Below, piece after piece: positions 29,613-40,538 of a DNA stretch of 64,000 bases. The first letter of the stretch is position 1. Each line of letters begins with the position of its first letter. Position numbers and translations under genes: made by a program. Origin of the DNA: an uncultured delta proteobacterium (lineage in GTDB: Bacteria; Desulfobacterota; Desulfobacteria; Desulfobacterales; UBA2156); the NCBI GenBank assembly GCA_963736855.1, contig CAVTQK010000015.1, positions 224,001-288,000 of the forward strand, in the 5' to 3' direction. Under the pieces are notes generated by a model, which did not search any database, was not told the origin of the DNA, and worked only from the letters and a program-made list of their open reading frames with translations.

Positions 29613-30506
29613 CTATCCTTTCAACAGCTCACTGATTTTAAGGATCGTATCGACGTAAAATTGGCTTCGGTTGTAGCGGAAAATGACTTTTGAAGCCTTT
29701 TCACGATCAATCCCCGGCCGCCACCCGAAATGTTTCAGATAGCTGGCGATGCTGGCGGCGGCATCGGAGTGGTCGAACAGGTCGATGTGGCCGTCCTGAT
29801 TGCCGTCACTTCCATAGGCAAGGATGCTGGTGGGCATGAACTGGGCGATTCCCAAAGCTCCGGCATAGGAACCGTTTATCTCCGCCGGATCCAGGTTTTC
29901 ACGAGCGGTGTATCGGATGAATGCGGCCAATTCCGCGTATGCCCATTTCGATTTTTTCAAGGCCCAGGATTCAAATTCATCTTTGTTGATGCTGACGCTT
30001 TTGGAGATTTCTTTAAAGAAGGCATCCCGAATGTCCGTATCCGAAAGGGAAGCCAAAGTCGACAGGGTGTTCAGTATGGATCGCTTCCCCACCGAATTCC
30101 CCAGGCGGGTTTCCACGAGCAGGATGGCCGTGATCACGGTCTTATCGACGCCGTAACGCTTCTCCACCGCGTCGAGGGCATCCTCGTGCTCCTGGAGGTA
30201 GCCTTTGGCCATTCGGATGGCCCACCAGGAGGTGAACTGGCCGTAATCCAGTTTGGCTTCCCGGTGCCTGAAAAAGAGGCGGACCATCTCCATGTCCTCT
30301 TTCACCTTTGGGTTTGCATAGATGGATTCGACGCTCTTGGAGTCAAACCCGTCGGCGATCAACTTCTTCTTTAAGGATGAAAAAGGATTTGGGGTATCCG
30401 CGCGCAGGGCAGCAGGAATCATAAGAATCCCGGTGATGACCATCGCAAAAAAGAGCATGGCATTGCGCCTGAGTCGGCTGGATTTGAAGGTGTCAGGGTC
30501 AGTCAT
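29613..30506 (-). CDS. mltB: Lytic murein transglycosylase B
   Basis: VETRLG, GSYAGALGIAQFMPTS, YNRS..Y. Confidence 0.85.
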   Translation of the reverse strand: MTDPDTFKSSRLRRNAMLFFAMVITGILMIPAALRADTPNPFSSLKKKLIADGFDSKSVESIYANPKVKEDMEMVRLFFRHREAKLDYGQFTSWWAIRMAKGYLQEHEDALDAVEKRYGVDKTVITAILLVETRLGNSVGKRSILNTLSTLASLSDTDIRDAFFKEISKSVSINKDEFESWALKKSKWAYAELAAFIRYTARENLDPAEINGSYAGALGIAQFMPTSILAYGSDGNQDGHIDLFDHSDAAASIASYLKHFGWRPGIDREKASKVIFRYNRSQFYVDTILKISELLKG

Positions 30507-31371
30507 GAGTAAAATCGCCTTCAGGATTGCCGGGGTCGATGGTCCCCGATCTCTTTTCTGTTTGCCGTTTTTCAAGGTTCGAGTCGATTAAAATGGAGTA
30601 GGCGACCCGATGATTGAAGCCGGTCAGGGTGGTGTAGCCCGCCTTCAGGACGGCGGCAATCCCTTCGGTTCGATGGCCGCCCACGGATTGCGGTCTGTGG
30701 GCGTCCGAGCTCAAGGTTACAGGAATTCCTTTTTCCCGGCATGTTTTTAAAAGACTTTCGGAAGGATAAATCTCTCCGATGGGATGATCAAGCCCGCTGG
30801 TGTTGACCTCTACGACATATCCTTTATCGCGAATCAAGGAAAGGATTGCATCGATTTCGGAGCTGAAATCCTTTGATGCACGCCTGCCGAATTTCTTGAC
30901 CAGGTCAAGGTGGCAAATCAGGTCGAAGGAGTCGTATCGGCACATCTGGTAAAGGGCATCAAGGTATCGGGCATACAGATCGTCGGAGTCCATGTGGGCA
31001 TAGCCGGCGGCTGCGCCGTGGCTGACGACATCTAAATCGTTCAAAAAGTGAACGGATGAAGCCACCACATCGAAATCGAAGGTGTCGATGATTTTTTGAG
31101 CGATCGTCATGTTGGAAGGGTTGAAATCCACCTCGAGGCCCGCCTTGACTGCAATCTTTTCGGAATACTGATCCTTGAGAGCCTTTACGGCGTTGAAATA
31201 AAGAGGTATTTCTTCAGGGCTCATGGATTTCGGGTCTTTCTCCAGTCGTATCGTCAGGTGATCCAAAAAACAGATCTCCAAAAGCCCCAGTGAAACGGCC
31301 TGTTGGACGCAGGCCTCCATGGACCCTCTGGCATGGTTACAAAGCGGGGTGTGGATATGATAGTCGATCAC
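30499..31371 (-). CDS. PHP-family histidinol-phosphatase
   Basis: DYHIHT.LC.HA, SVH, HLDL.K, EVNTSG, SDAH. Confidence 0.85.
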   Translation of the reverse strand: MIDYHIHTPLCNHARGSMEACVQQAVSLGLLEICFLDHLTIRLEKDPKSMSPEEIPLYFNAVKALKDQYSEKIAVKAGLEVDFNPSNMTIAQKIIDTFDFDVVASSVHFLNDLDVVSHGAAAGYAHMDSDDLYARYLDALYQMCRYDSFDLICHLDLVKKFGRRASKDFSSEIDAILSLIRDKGYVVEVNTSGLDHPIGEIYPSESLLKTCREKGIPVTLSSDAHRPQSVGGHRTEGIAAVLKAGYTTLTGFNHRVAYSILIDSNLEKRQTEKRSGTIDPGNPEGDFTHD

Positions 31372-31397
31372 GGCACTTCTTTATCCGATTCCTTTTC

Positions 31398-31577
31398 TTG
31401 ATGGCAAAGTAAAAAGTCCAATTTCTGCGTTGCGCTTCATCCCGTTGCGATTTCGACGTACGATAAGTACGCCTCATCACACGGGATTCGCGACGCCTTG
31501 AACTTGAACTTTTTACTTTGCCATCTGATTTTTGACTTTTTACGAGTTCATCAATTTTGAGTGTTTACGATTTCATC
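31398..31577 (+). repeat. MITE-like palindromic repeat, copy 2 (diverged; extra terminal unit)
   Basis: TTGATGGCAAAGTAAAAAGTCC...ACTTTTTACTTTGCCATC...TTTTTACGAGTTCATCAA. Confidence 0.75.
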
Positions 31578-31660
31578 TTTCTTGATGCCGTTTTTTTGGC
31601 ATGATATGGATACTTTTGTCAAATGGGATCGGTTGTCGATATCATCATAAACAGGATTCG

Positions 31661-33028
31661 ATGAAGAAATCCGAAAAAACGGTTTTTGTTTGTCAGTCGT
31701 GCGGGCACCAGACCCTGAAATGGATGGGCAAGTGTCCGGAGTGCGGCCAGTGGGATGCCTTTATCGAGGAGATTCAACATCGCCGGTCGGTCTCCCGCGG
31801 AGACATTCCCGCATTTCAATCGGAGCCGGTTGCCATCGATTCCGTCTCCAGCGAGGACGTGGAGAGGTTTTCGACTCGCATGGCCGAGTTCGACCGGGTC
31901 CTCGGGGGTGGGCTGGTTCCCGGCAGCCTGGTGCTCATCGGCGGTGATCCGGGAATCGGTAAATCGACCCTCATGCTGCAGGCCCTTTTCGGGCTGGCCG
32001 GGGAAGGTCGGCGGGTCCTGTACGTATCCGGAGAAGAGTCGGTCATCCAGCTCAGCATGCGCAGCCACCGACTGGGAACGGTCTCTCCCAACATCCTGGT
32101 GGTCTCGGAAATCGACATGAACGCTGTCTTACCCATGGTGGAATCCATCAAGCCGGATGTCCTGGTGGTCGATTCCGTCCAGACCATGTTCAACCCGGAG
32201 ATTTCGTCGGCTCCCGGAAGCGTGAGCCAGGTTCGGGAGACCGCCATGCGTCTCATGCTCATGGCAAAACGGACCGGCATCGCGGTCTTCGTGGTGGGAC
32301 ATGTGACCAAGGAGGGAGCCATCGCCGGTCCGCGCCTCCTGGAACACATGGTGGATACGGTTTTGTATTTCGAAGGGGACCGGAACCATGTTTACCGGAT
32401 TTTGCGGGCGGTGAAGAACCGGTTCGGTTCCACCAACGAGATCGGTGTCTTCGAGATGAAGGAGCAGGGGCTTGCCGAGGTGGCCAACCCTTCCGCGGCC
32501 TTTCTTTCCGAGCGTCCGGAAGGCTCGCCGGGCTCTGTGGTTACCGCCAGCCTGGAAGGGACCCGACCCATTCTGGTGGAGCTGCAATCCCTGGTTTCCC
32601 GCTCCTATCTGACCAACCCGAGACGAACCAGCCTGGGGCTCGATCCCAATCGGGTGGCGCTTCTGGTGGCGGTGATGGAAAAAAAACTGGGGATGGCTTT
32701 AATGGGGCTGGACATCTTCATGAACGTGGCCGGCGGGGTGCGGGTGGACGAGCCCGCGGTGGATCTTGGAATCGTTACAGCCGTGGCATCCGGGTTTTTA
32801 GATGTCCCCATTTCCGAGGAGACGGTGGTTTTGGGCGAGGTGGGTCTTACCGGCGAAGTGAGGGCTATCGGTCATGCGGAAGTCCGGGTGGCGGAAATCC
32901 GAAAGATGGGTTTTTCCCGTTGCCTTCTTCCGAAAACCACCCTAAAACGGATGTCCAAAATGGACGGTATCCAGTTGATTGGCGTTCAAAACGTTTCAGA
33001 GGCGGCCGAAGTGCTCTTCCGCCGATAA
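31661..33028 (+). CDS. radA: DNA repair protein RadA/Sms
   Basis: C4 zinc finger, GDPGIGKST, KNRFG. Confidence 0.97.
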   Translation: MKKSEKTVFVCQSCGHQTLKWMGKCPECGQWDAFIEEIQHRRSVSRGDIPAFQSEPVAIDSVSSEDVERFSTRMAEFDRVLGGGLVPGSLVLIGGDPGIGKSTLMLQALFGLAGEGRRVLYVSGEESVIQLSMRSHRLGTVSPNILVVSEIDMNAVLPMVESIKPDVLVVDSVQTMFNPEISSAPGSVSQVRETAMRLMLMAKRTGIAVFVVGHVTKEGAIAGPRLLEHMVDTVLYFEGDRNHVYRILRAVKNRFGSTNEIGVFEMKEQGLAEVANPSAAFLSERPEGSPGSVVTASLEGTRPILVELQSLVSRSYLTNPRRTSLGLDPNRVALLVAVMEKKLGMALMGLDIFMNVAGGVRVDEPAVDLGIVTAVASGFLDVPISEETVVLGEVGLTGEVRAIGHAEVRVAEIRKMGFSRCLLPKTTLKRMSKMDGIQLIGVQNVSEAAEVLFRR

Positions 33029-33043
33029 GGATAAAGGTAGGAC

Positions 33044-33664
33044 ATGGCTATGAAAAGACCCATCAAACCGGATAGCTTCAGAAAGAACCCCTGGAGCGAT
33101 CATTACACACACTTGGCCCGGAAAACCGGTTATCCGGCCCGATCGGTTTTCAAGCTCCAGGAGATCCAGCGGAAATACCGTCTCATCAAGAAGGGCCACC
33201 GCATTTTGGATTTGGGGTGTGCGCCGGGGTCGTGGCTGATGTATGCCTCCGAGCTGACGGGAGACCGGGGGCTGGTGGTGGGATTGGACCTCAAGCCGGT
33301 AACCGTTTCCCTGGCGCCTCATGTGACGGCTCTCGTGATGGATGTTTTTTCAGAGGACGCCTCAGCCTGGGAAGCGGTAGGATCGGGTTTTAATGTGGTT
33401 CTCTCGGATATGGCCCCGGACACCACAGGGGCAAAGGACGTGGATGCGGTCCGGTCCCTGCAGTTGTCTGAACGGGCCTTTTCCATCGCCCGGGACCGGC
33501 TGGCATCGGGCGGGTCTTTCGTATGCAAGATTTTTTTCGGAGAGGACGTCAAGGCCTTTTCGGAGATCGTCCGGAAGGCGTTTTCCCAACTGAAGCTTTT
33601 CAAACCGGGAGCCATCCGAAAGGCAAGCCGGGAAATTTATCTCATCGGAATGAATAAACTTTAG
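33044..33664 (+). CDS. rlmE: 23S rRNA Um2552 methyltransferase
   Basis: ARSVFKL.EI, DLGCAPGSW, SDMAP, KP...R..S.E.Y. Confidence 0.92.
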   Translation: MAMKRPIKPDSFRKNPWSDHYTHLARKTGYPARSVFKLQEIQRKYRLIKKGHRILDLGCAPGSWLMYASELTGDRGLVVGLDLKPVTVSLAPHVTALVMDVFSEDASAWEAVGSGFNVVLSDMAPDTTGAKDVDAVRSLQLSERAFSIARDRLASGGSFVCKIFFGEDVKAFSEIVRKAFSQLKLFKPGAIRKASREIYLIGMNKL

Positions 33665-33673
33665 GAGGAGACG

Positions 33674-34420
33674 ATGTCGGGGCACAGTAAGTGGTCCACC
33701 ATCAAGCATAAGAAAGGGGCGGCTGACGCCCGGCGGGGGAAGATATTCACGAAGCTCATCAAAGAAATCACTGTTGCCGCACGCATGGGGGGCGGCGATC
33801 AGGCCGGGAATCCCCGCTTGCGTCAGGCCATCCTGGCGGCCAAAGCCGAGAACATGCCCAAGGAAAATATCGAACGCGCCATCAAGAAAGGGACCGGTGA
33901 GCTGGAAGGCGTCAGCTACGATGAGAGCATCTATGAGGGGTATGGGCCGGGCGGTGCCGCCATCCTGGTGGAGTCGCTGACGGACAACAAGAACCGGGCC
34001 GTTTCCGAGATCCGGCACCTTTTCAATAAAAACGGCGGCAGCCTGGGAGAAAGTGGGTGCGTGGCCTGGATGTTTTCCAAGAAGGGGTATTTCGAAATTA
34101 AAAAAGGCGCGGTGGAAGAGGAAAAGCTCATGGAAATCGCCCTGGAGGCCGGCGCGGAAGACGTTCGGGAAGACGACGGCAGTTTCGAAGTTATCTCGGA
34201 CCCCGACGATTTCGAGGCGATCAAGGCCGCCTTGGAAAAGGCGTCCATTGCGACCGAAGCGGGAGAGGTCACGATGGTTCCAAACAGCACGGCCAATCTT
34301 ACGGGTAAGGACGCAGAGCAGATAGTGAGACTTATGGAGGCCCTGGAGGATTGCGAGGATGTGCAGAAGGCGTATACCAACGCCGACATCCCGGACAACA
34401 TCGTGAGCGGCATCTCTTAG
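33674..34420 (+). CDS. yebC: YebC/PmpR family protein
   Basis: [26 protein letters not shown]. Confidence 0.97.
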   Translation: MSGHSKWSTIKHKKGAADARRGKIFTKLIKEITVAARMGGGDQAGNPRLRQAILAAKAENMPKENIERAIKKGTGELEGVSYDESIYEGYGPGGAAILVESLTDNKNRAVSEIRHLFNKNGGSLGESGCVAWMFSKKGYFEIKKGAVEEEKLMEIALEAGAEDVREDDGSFEVISDPDDFEAIKAALEKASIATEAGEVTMVPNSTANLTGKDAEQIVRLMEALEDCEDVQKAYTNADIPDNIVSGIS

Positions 34421-34443
34421 GGTTTTAAGGAAAAACTGAAAAT

Positions 34444-35349
34444 TCAGGCCGAAATTTCAATCATCCGCTGAACTGCCTTCAGGGCAGGTTTTCGAATCGA
34501 TTCCTGCACTTTCACTTCCCCTTCCATGCATTCCAGGCTCCGGATGACATCTTTGAGGGTGATCTTCTTCATATTTTTGCACACCATCTTTTCCGATGCC
34601 GGATAAAAGCGCTTCCCCGGATTTTCCTTTTTCAGAGGGTAGAGCAGGCCCACTTCGGTTCCTACGATGAAAGCCGAGTGGTCGGATTCCCGGGCAAAGC
34701 GCAGCATCCCCGAGGTACTGAAGATTTTATCGGCCAAAGCCAGGACGTCGGGTCGGCATTCGGGATGGGCCATAAATAGCGCATCCGGATGGGCGGCTTT
34801 TGTGTCGTACACGTCTTCGGGCTTCAGTAATTCATGGACAGGGCAGAAACCGTCCCACCAGTGTATAATCTTGTCGGTCCGGGATGCGGTGTACTGGGCG
34901 AGATTTCGATCCGGTGTCATCAGGACCTCTCCGGCTTCCAGGCTGTTGACGACCTGGACGGCGTTTGCCGAGGTGCAGCAGATGGTGGAAAGGGCCTTCA
35001 CATCGGCCGTGGAGTTCACATAGGTGACCACCGGCATGGCACCGATGGTTCGGATCTTTTTTGTAAGAGCTTCGGCGGTGATCATGTCCGCCATGGGGCA
35101 TCCGACGTCTTTGCGCGGCAGCAAAACAACCTTGTCCGGGGATAGGATGGACGCGGTCTCCGCCATGAAGTGGACTCCGCAAAATACGATGACATCGGCG
35201 TCCGTGGCCGCCGCTTTCCGGCTCAGTTCCAGAGAGTCGCCGCAAAGATCCGCCAAGTCCTGGATCTCGGGAGGCTGGTAATTATGGACCAGAAGGATCG
35301 CATGGCGTTCCTTCAACAATCGTCTAATGGTTTCGTGTTCTGGGGTCAT
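34444..35349 (-). CDS. nadA: Quinolinate synthase
   Basis: [26 protein letters not shown]. Confidence 0.95.
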   Translation of the reverse strand: MTPEHETIRRLLKERHAILLVHNYQPPEIQDLADLCGDSLELSRKAAATDADVIVFCGVHFMAETASILSPDKVVLLPRKDVGCPMADMITAEALTKKIRTIGAMPVVTYVNSTADVKALSTICCTSANAVQVVNSLEAGEVLMTPDRNLAQYTASRTDKIIHWWDGFCPVHELLKPEDVYDTKAAHPDALFMAHPECRPDVLALADKIFSTSGMLRFARESDHSAFIVGTEVGLLYPLKKENPGKRFYPASEKMVCKNMKKITLKDVIRSLECMEGEVKVQESIRKPALKAVQRMIEISA

Positions 35350-35353
35350 GAGG

Positions 35354-36055
35354 CTATTTTTCTCCCTCCAGTTCGAAGACCTCGGTGGATTTGGGGATCT
35401 CCATATTAAACAGGCTATCGTCGAGTTTCAGATCGAACCGGTATTCCGACAAAACGATCTGAGTTTCATCCTTGTAAACATTTCGTGTGCTGATGAGGGT
35501 GATGCGAAAGGTTTCCGGATCCACCGAAATCAGAAGGTCGGCCAGCTCGGGGACATGCTTCTTGGGCATAAGCTTCAACACGGCCGGAAGACCCGGTTTG
35601 CCGGATTCCAGAGAAACATAAAACTGGTCTCTCAAGGTGCGGATATCCGACAGAAAGCTACCTCCCTGGCCGCCTCCCAGGTATGGAGGGGCTTTTCCCA
35701 TCATAACCTGATTATCCAGGGGCCGATGGATCCACAGGGTCTTGCCGTCGGTGAGGATGATCTGTTTTTCCGGCTCTTCGTATTCCCAGCGCATCCGGTT
35801 CGGATGCTTGACGAAGATTCTCCCGGTTGCAGTGTCGATAATGTCCATGGCCGCCAAAGTGGAAGTCTGGTGGAAGCGGGCTGAAAACCCGGTTCCCAAA
35901 TAACATTCCTCAATTCCTTTAAGGATCGCTTCGAGGGCAGGATCGGCGGTGGTTCCGGGACGCTTTTCGGACGCTTTCCCCGTGGAAACGGAAGCGGTAG
36001 CGATGATTAGAGCCGCCAGGTATATTGCCGTCGCGCGCGTTAAGAACATCCACAT
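35354..36055 (-). CDS. lolA: Outer-membrane lipoprotein carrier
   Basis: A.F.Q, P.RMRWEY..P, DGKTLW. Confidence 0.85.
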   Translation of the reverse strand: MWMFLTRATAIYLAALIIATASVSTGKASEKRPGTTADPALEAILKGIEECYLGTGFSARFHQTSTLAAMDIIDTATGRIFVKHPNRMRWEYEEPEKQIILTDGKTLWIHRPLDNQVMMGKAPPYLGGGQGGSFLSDIRTLRDQFYVSLESGKPGLPAVLKLMPKKHVPELADLLISVDPETFRITLISTRNVYKDETQIVLSEYRFDLKLDDSLFNMEIPKSTEVFELEGEK

Positions 36056-36082
36056 GTCCGCCTTTCTCCTTTTGCAAAGCGT

Positions 36083-36970
36083 CTATAAAAAGAGCCGGGA
36101 AGAAATCCGATCGATGATATCGATCTTTTTCATGAGATCTTCCGTGTCTACGTAAGGGAGCCGTGCACCGGACATGATCCGGATTTCCGGGGTTTTTTCA
36201 TTCAGGTGTCGGGTGATATTCGCCCCTATTTCCAAGCCTTTCAGGTAAAGACTTCGCCGATGGGATAGGCTTTCAGCTAAATCATTTTCATCCCCCGGTG
36301 CTTCCAAAAAAGCAAGAAAAAAGGAAAAACAGGAAAAGAAGTCGTGTGAGTCGATCGGAAAGCGCGTCAAAAAGGCGCATAGGGCTTCGATCCCATAAGG
36401 GGTTGTATCGGCCCGACTGTGGCGGATCATGGCTTTGATCCGGGAGGCAACCGTTACGCCGGCGGATTGATCCGTAAAATCGGTCTCCTGATGACTGAAA
36501 GCCGTATCGACGGCTTCCAGAATTCTCGAATCCAGGCGCCTGGAAATACGGAGCTTCCGGATAAAAAAAGCCGCCGCATCCGGGGGTACGGTAAGAAGCA
36601 CCGGTTTTTCACCCGGAAAAATCAGGGTGGCCTGAGGATTTCTTTCCATGAGCAAGAAGAGGACCCGGTCTTCGTCCTCATGAATCAAATCAGCTGCTTG
36701 GAGGAAACTCTCCAAATGAACCTGGATCGATTCGCCGGGGAAAAAGAGGAGTTCGATCAACGGTTCGCGTTCGCTGTGATTCGGATCGGTCATGATGTCG
36801 CAAAGATGAGAAAGATCGGTCAAAGAGAGGGTATCTTCGATGTAGTGCACCGTTTTTTTTTCGATTTTGAGACCCCCGGTGAAAACGTGTTCGATCCGCA
36901 GGGCCAGCTCCTTGCAAGCCGCATTTTGCCCACCCGGACCCTTCCTTTTACTTGTATCGTCTTTAGACAT
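36083..36970 (-). CDS. Hypothetical protein
   Basis: 295 aa ORF in operon. Confidence 0.6.
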   Translation of the reverse strand: MSKDDTSKRKGPGGQNAACKELALRIEHVFTGGLKIEKKTVHYIEDTLSLTDLSHLCDIMTDPNHSEREPLIELLFFPGESIQVHLESFLQAADLIHEDEDRVLFLLMERNPQATLIFPGEKPVLLTVPPDAAAFFIRKLRISRRLDSRILEAVDTAFSHQETDFTDQSAGVTVASRIKAMIRHSRADTTPYGIEALCAFLTRFPIDSHDFFSCFSFFLAFLEAPGDENDLAESLSHRRSLYLKGLEIGANITRHLNEKTPEIRIMSGARLPYVDTEDLMKKIDIIDRISSRLFL

Positions 36971-36994
36971 ATCGGCTTTCTTAGAAAAGGGTCA

Positions 36995-38374
36995 TCAGGG
37001 CATGGCTCCGTATTGCTTCAGTTTCTTGTGCAGGGTCTTGCGGGTAATGCCGAGCCGTCGAGCCGCCTCGCTTTTGTTTCCCCCTACCGCCTGTATCGTA
37101 TTCAAAATAGTGGCCTTTTCCACTTCGTCAAGCGGCAGGTTTGCCATGGCTTCCGGGAGCGCGATGGCGCTGTTTTCCGGCAAACCCTCATGGCTGTCGG
37201 ATGCCGGGATCATGGGAAGATCTTTTTCATCGATGATTTCGCTTCTCGAAAGCACCACCGCCCGTTCCACGGCGTTTATGAGTTCCCGGACGTTTCCGGG
37301 CCAGTCGTTTCGGATCAGACGGTCCATGGCAGCGGGTGTGAACCCTTTGATCGCCTTTTGATTCTTGGCGGAAAGAGTTTCGAGGAAGTGCTGGGCCAAA
37401 AGCGGAATGTCCGGCCGTCGCTGCCTGAGAGGCGGCACATCCAGGTTGATCACATTGAGCCGGTAATAAAGATCCTCCCTGAATTTTCCTGCCTTGATCC
37501 ATTCTTCCAGGTTCCTGTTGGTGGCGGCGATCATGCGGACATCCACCGGGATGACCTGGTCTCCGCCGACCCGGGTAACTTCCCGCTCCTGGAGGACCCT
37601 CAGCAATTTCACCTGCATGGGCATAGACATTTCGCTGATCTCATCGAGAAACAGGGTTCCTCCGTGGGCCTGCACGAACCGGCCTTCTTTGCGCCGGTCC
37701 GCACCGGTAAACGCCCCTTTCTCATGGCCGAAGAGCTCCGATTCCAAAAGGGTTTCGGTGATGGCTGCGCAGTTGATTTTCACAAAGGCGCCGCTTTTAC
37801 GGTGGCTGTTGAAATGGATGGCCCCGGCGATGAGTTCCTTTCCCGTCCCCGATTCTCCGGTGATCAGCACGGTGGCTTCCGAGGGGGCTACCTGAGCGAC
37901 AGTCTCCAACAGCCGGCCCATCCTATCGCTTTGACCGATGATGTTCTGGCGGTCGAATTGTTTTCCCAGGCTTTCTTTGAGGAGGCGGTTTTCCTCCTTG
38001 AGCCGGGTGTGTTCCATGGCCCGCTCCATGGTCAGCTTCAGCTTGTCGAAATCCAGCGGCTTGGTGAGGTAATCATAGGCCCCTTTCTTGAGGGTTGAAA
38101 CGGCGGTTTCAATGGAGGAGTACGCTGTCATGATGATTACGGGTATGGCCGGATTGAAGGCTTTGATGCGATCCAGGGCCTCGATACCGGAGACTTTGAG
38201 CATCCGGATATCCATGAGGACCAGGTCGAATGGGCGCTTCTCCACCGCTCCGATGGCGGTGGATCCGTCGTCTGCCTCGAAGATTTCATATCCCCATTCC
38301 GCGAGGAGAACCCTCAGCATGGACCGGTGGGCGGTATCGTCGTCGACTACAAGTATGGTGTTGGGCTTTTTCAT
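36995..38374 (-). CDS. zraR: Sigma-54 response regulator (ZraR/NtrC-like)
   Basis: REC domain, GESGTGKE, GAFTGA, HTH GNKSEAARRLGITRKTL. Confidence 0.85.
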   Translation of the reverse strand: MKKPNTILVVDDDTAHRSMLRVLLAEWGYEIFEADDGSTAIGAVEKRPFDLVLMDIRMLKVSGIEALDRIKAFNPAIPVIIMTAYSSIETAVSTLKKGAYDYLTKPLDFDKLKLTMERAMEHTRLKEENRLLKESLGKQFDRQNIIGQSDRMGRLLETVAQVAPSEATVLITGESGTGKELIAGAIHFNSHRKSGAFVKINCAAITETLLESELFGHEKGAFTGADRRKEGRFVQAHGGTLFLDEISEMSMPMQVKLLRVLQEREVTRVGGDQVIPVDVRMIAATNRNLEEWIKAGKFREDLYYRLNVINLDVPPLRQRRPDIPLLAQHFLETLSAKNQKAIKGFTPAAMDRLIRNDWPGNVRELINAVERAVVLSRSEIIDEKDLPMIPASDSHEGLPENSAIALPEAMANLPLDEVEKATILNTIQAVGGNKSEAARRLGITRKTLHKKLKQYGAMP

Positions 38375-40146
38375 GGCTCTTTTCTGTCCGCACCGGGGAA
38401 GAGAAGGGTCATGGTGGTCCCTTTCCCCGGCCGGCTGTCCACCTGTATTTGGGCCCCATGGGCTTCTAGAATATTGTATACGATGGCAAGTCCCAGGCCG
38501 GTTCCAGCGGCCTTTGCGGTAAAATAAGGGTCGAAAATGTGCCCCAGGTCCTCGGGATTGATTCCGATTCCGGTGTCCTGGATCTTGATTTCGATGTCGT
38601 AAGAATCCGTCTTTCTGGAACCTGCGATGCGCAGCCGGCCGCCCGGGTCCATGGCCTCCAGGGCGTTGAGATAAAGGTTTAAAAGCACCTGGGAGACCTG
38701 ATCCGGATCGATGAAGCCTTCCATTTCCGCCGGTATCCGGATATCGATATCGATCCCCTTTTCTTTGGCCTGGCCCTCCACGAGTTTGACCGAGTCGGCG
38801 ATAAAGGGTTCTAGTTTCATGAGTTTCTTTTGGATTGTCACCGGCCGCGCAAAATCGAGAAGTTGCCCCACCACTTTGTTGAGGCGATCCACCTCCTGGA
38901 TCATGATCCCTGAGATCTGCTGATCTTCCTGTTTTTCCCGGTAGCGCTCCTTGAAATAGGTGGCAAAGCCCTTGATGGAACTCAAGGGGTTCCGGATTTC
39001 ATGAGCAACCCCTGCAGCCAGTCTTCCCACAGAGGCCATCCGCTGGCTCCTGGCGATTTCCTTTTTCAGGGTGCGGACCTCCGTAAGGTCTTTGAAAAGC
39101 ACCAGATGCCCGAGATATCCCCCATCATCGTCTCTCAGTCCGGAAACGATGACCTCCAGGGGAACTCTTTCGCCGGTTTTGAGCGTGCAGTCGATCTCCT
39201 TTTCCAGCAGGCTTTCGGATTGCGCCTCCAGGATCAGGGAGGCCAGTTCACGCGGCAAAATATTCCGTGCTTCCCGGCCCACCGACTCGGCGGGCGGCAG
39301 GCCCAGAAGGGAACCCCCCACATGGTTTAAAGAGGCGATTTTCCCTATCGCATCGGTGGCCAGAAGGCCGATGGGCATATTATCCACCACGTTATCGGAA
39401 AAGGCCTTGATCCTGGACAGACTTGTTTTGGCGGCGCGGTAGTTTTGGGCCAAGAACAAAAGGATGATTCCGGCAAACCCGATGAGCAGCAGAATCACCC
39501 CCATAACCACTGTATGTTGGGTGTCGGCCTTCATGGCTTCTTCCACGGTGCTCATATCAAGACCTACAAAAATGACCAGCCCTGGAGGGCGTCCCTCCGG
39601 CCTTCCCTCCAGGAGGGATTCAAAAAGATGATCGAACATCATTCTGCCTCGATGTCTTCCGATCCCTGGACTGGAAGGCGCGAACCGGCTCACGACTTCA
39701 AAGATCTTTCCTTTGCTTGCAGTGTCCAACAGCCGCCACTGAACGGTATCCGACTGAAAAAGGCGCTTCAGATCGATTTCTTGGCCGTGCTTTTTACCGA
39801 TCCGTGAGGGGTCGTTATGAGCGAGGATGGCGCCGTCGGTGTTGGTGACCAGCAGGTAGACGATGTCCGGTTGCTGAGCGGTTTCCGTCAAAAGTCGTTG
39901 TAACTGGAACCCGTCCCAGTGCATCCCCATCATTCCGGTTCGGGTCCCGGCTTCGAAGGCGCGGATGAGGGCGGCTCCTTTTTCAAGAAGGAGGCGGGTG
40001 CTGCTCTCTTTCTCCCGGTTGATGTTTTCAAAGGTCAGGAAAGCGAAAATCGGGAACAGGACCACCACCGCGCCGATGAAAACCCAGGGTGGAACCATGG
40101 TCAGGAATTTATTTTTGAGAGGCTTGAAGTCCATCATTTCCAACAT
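38371..40146 (-). CDS. zraS: Sensor kinase (ZraS-like)
   Basis: GAALIRAFEAGTRTG, PAS, AHEIRNPLSSIKG. Confidence 0.85.
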   Translation of the reverse strand: MLEMMDFKPLKNKFLTMVPPWVFIGAVVVLFPIFAFLTFENINREKESSTRLLLEKGAALIRAFEAGTRTGMMGMHWDGFQLQRLLTETAQQPDIVYLLVTNTDGAILAHNDPSRIGKKHGQEIDLKRLFQSDTVQWRLLDTASKGKIFEVVSRFAPSSPGIGRHRGRMMFDHLFESLLEGRPEGRPPGLVIFVGLDMSTVEEAMKADTQHTVVMGVILLLIGFAGIILLFLAQNYRAAKTSLSRIKAFSDNVVDNMPIGLLATDAIGKIASLNHVGGSLLGLPPAESVGREARNILPRELASLILEAQSESLLEKEIDCTLKTGERVPLEVIVSGLRDDDGGYLGHLVLFKDLTEVRTLKKEIARSQRMASVGRLAAGVAHEIRNPLSSIKGFATYFKERYREKQEDQQISGIMIQEVDRLNKVVGQLLDFARPVTIQKKLMKLEPFIADSVKLVEGQAKEKGIDIDIRIPAEMEGFIDPDQVSQVLLNLYLNALEAMDPGGRLRIAGSRKTDSYDIEIKIQDTGIGINPEDLGHIFDPYFTAKAAGTGLGLAIVYNILEAHGAQIQVDSRPGKGTTMTLLFPGADRKEP

Positions 40147-40149
40147 AAA

Positions 40150-40164
40150 GCAAAACCGATGCCA
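40150..40164 (-). promoter_or_regulatory. Sigma-54 promoter for zraSR
   Basis: TGGCAT-N5-TTGC. Confidence 0.55.
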
Positions 40165-40538
40165 TATCCGAATAGGGCTTCAGGTGATGAACTGGATACA
40201 TTTTACCCGATCCATGAAAAGAAAGCCCTTTGTTGGATATTTTTTATCCATCATTTTCAAAAAAATCACAAGTGGTTTGTGCTTCAACCCACATACGGGT
40301 ATATAAAATCGGGCTTTTAAGGAGCAGTGAAACTGCCGCCGAGGTTGCTGGCATGTCTTTCGCATGTCTTTTCAGCCAATCTTCCGGCCTCATCATGGTC
40401 CGATGGAGTTCTCCTGTTCATCTTCATCGGGCGACAAATTTATCCGGACGTATTGAAACCGCCGGGATAGGTGTTATTTTAATGATTTAAGCATAAATAA
40501 ATCAAAGGGTAAATCATCAGAATCAGGAGGGGAAAAAT

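Noticed and set aside
36419..38098. 559 aa plus-strand ORF
   Set aside because: Antisense shadow of zraR and its neighbour; no recognisable motifs
40349..40363. Sigma-54-like site before degP (TGGCAT-N5-TCGC)
   Set aside because: Imperfect -12 element; not enough support
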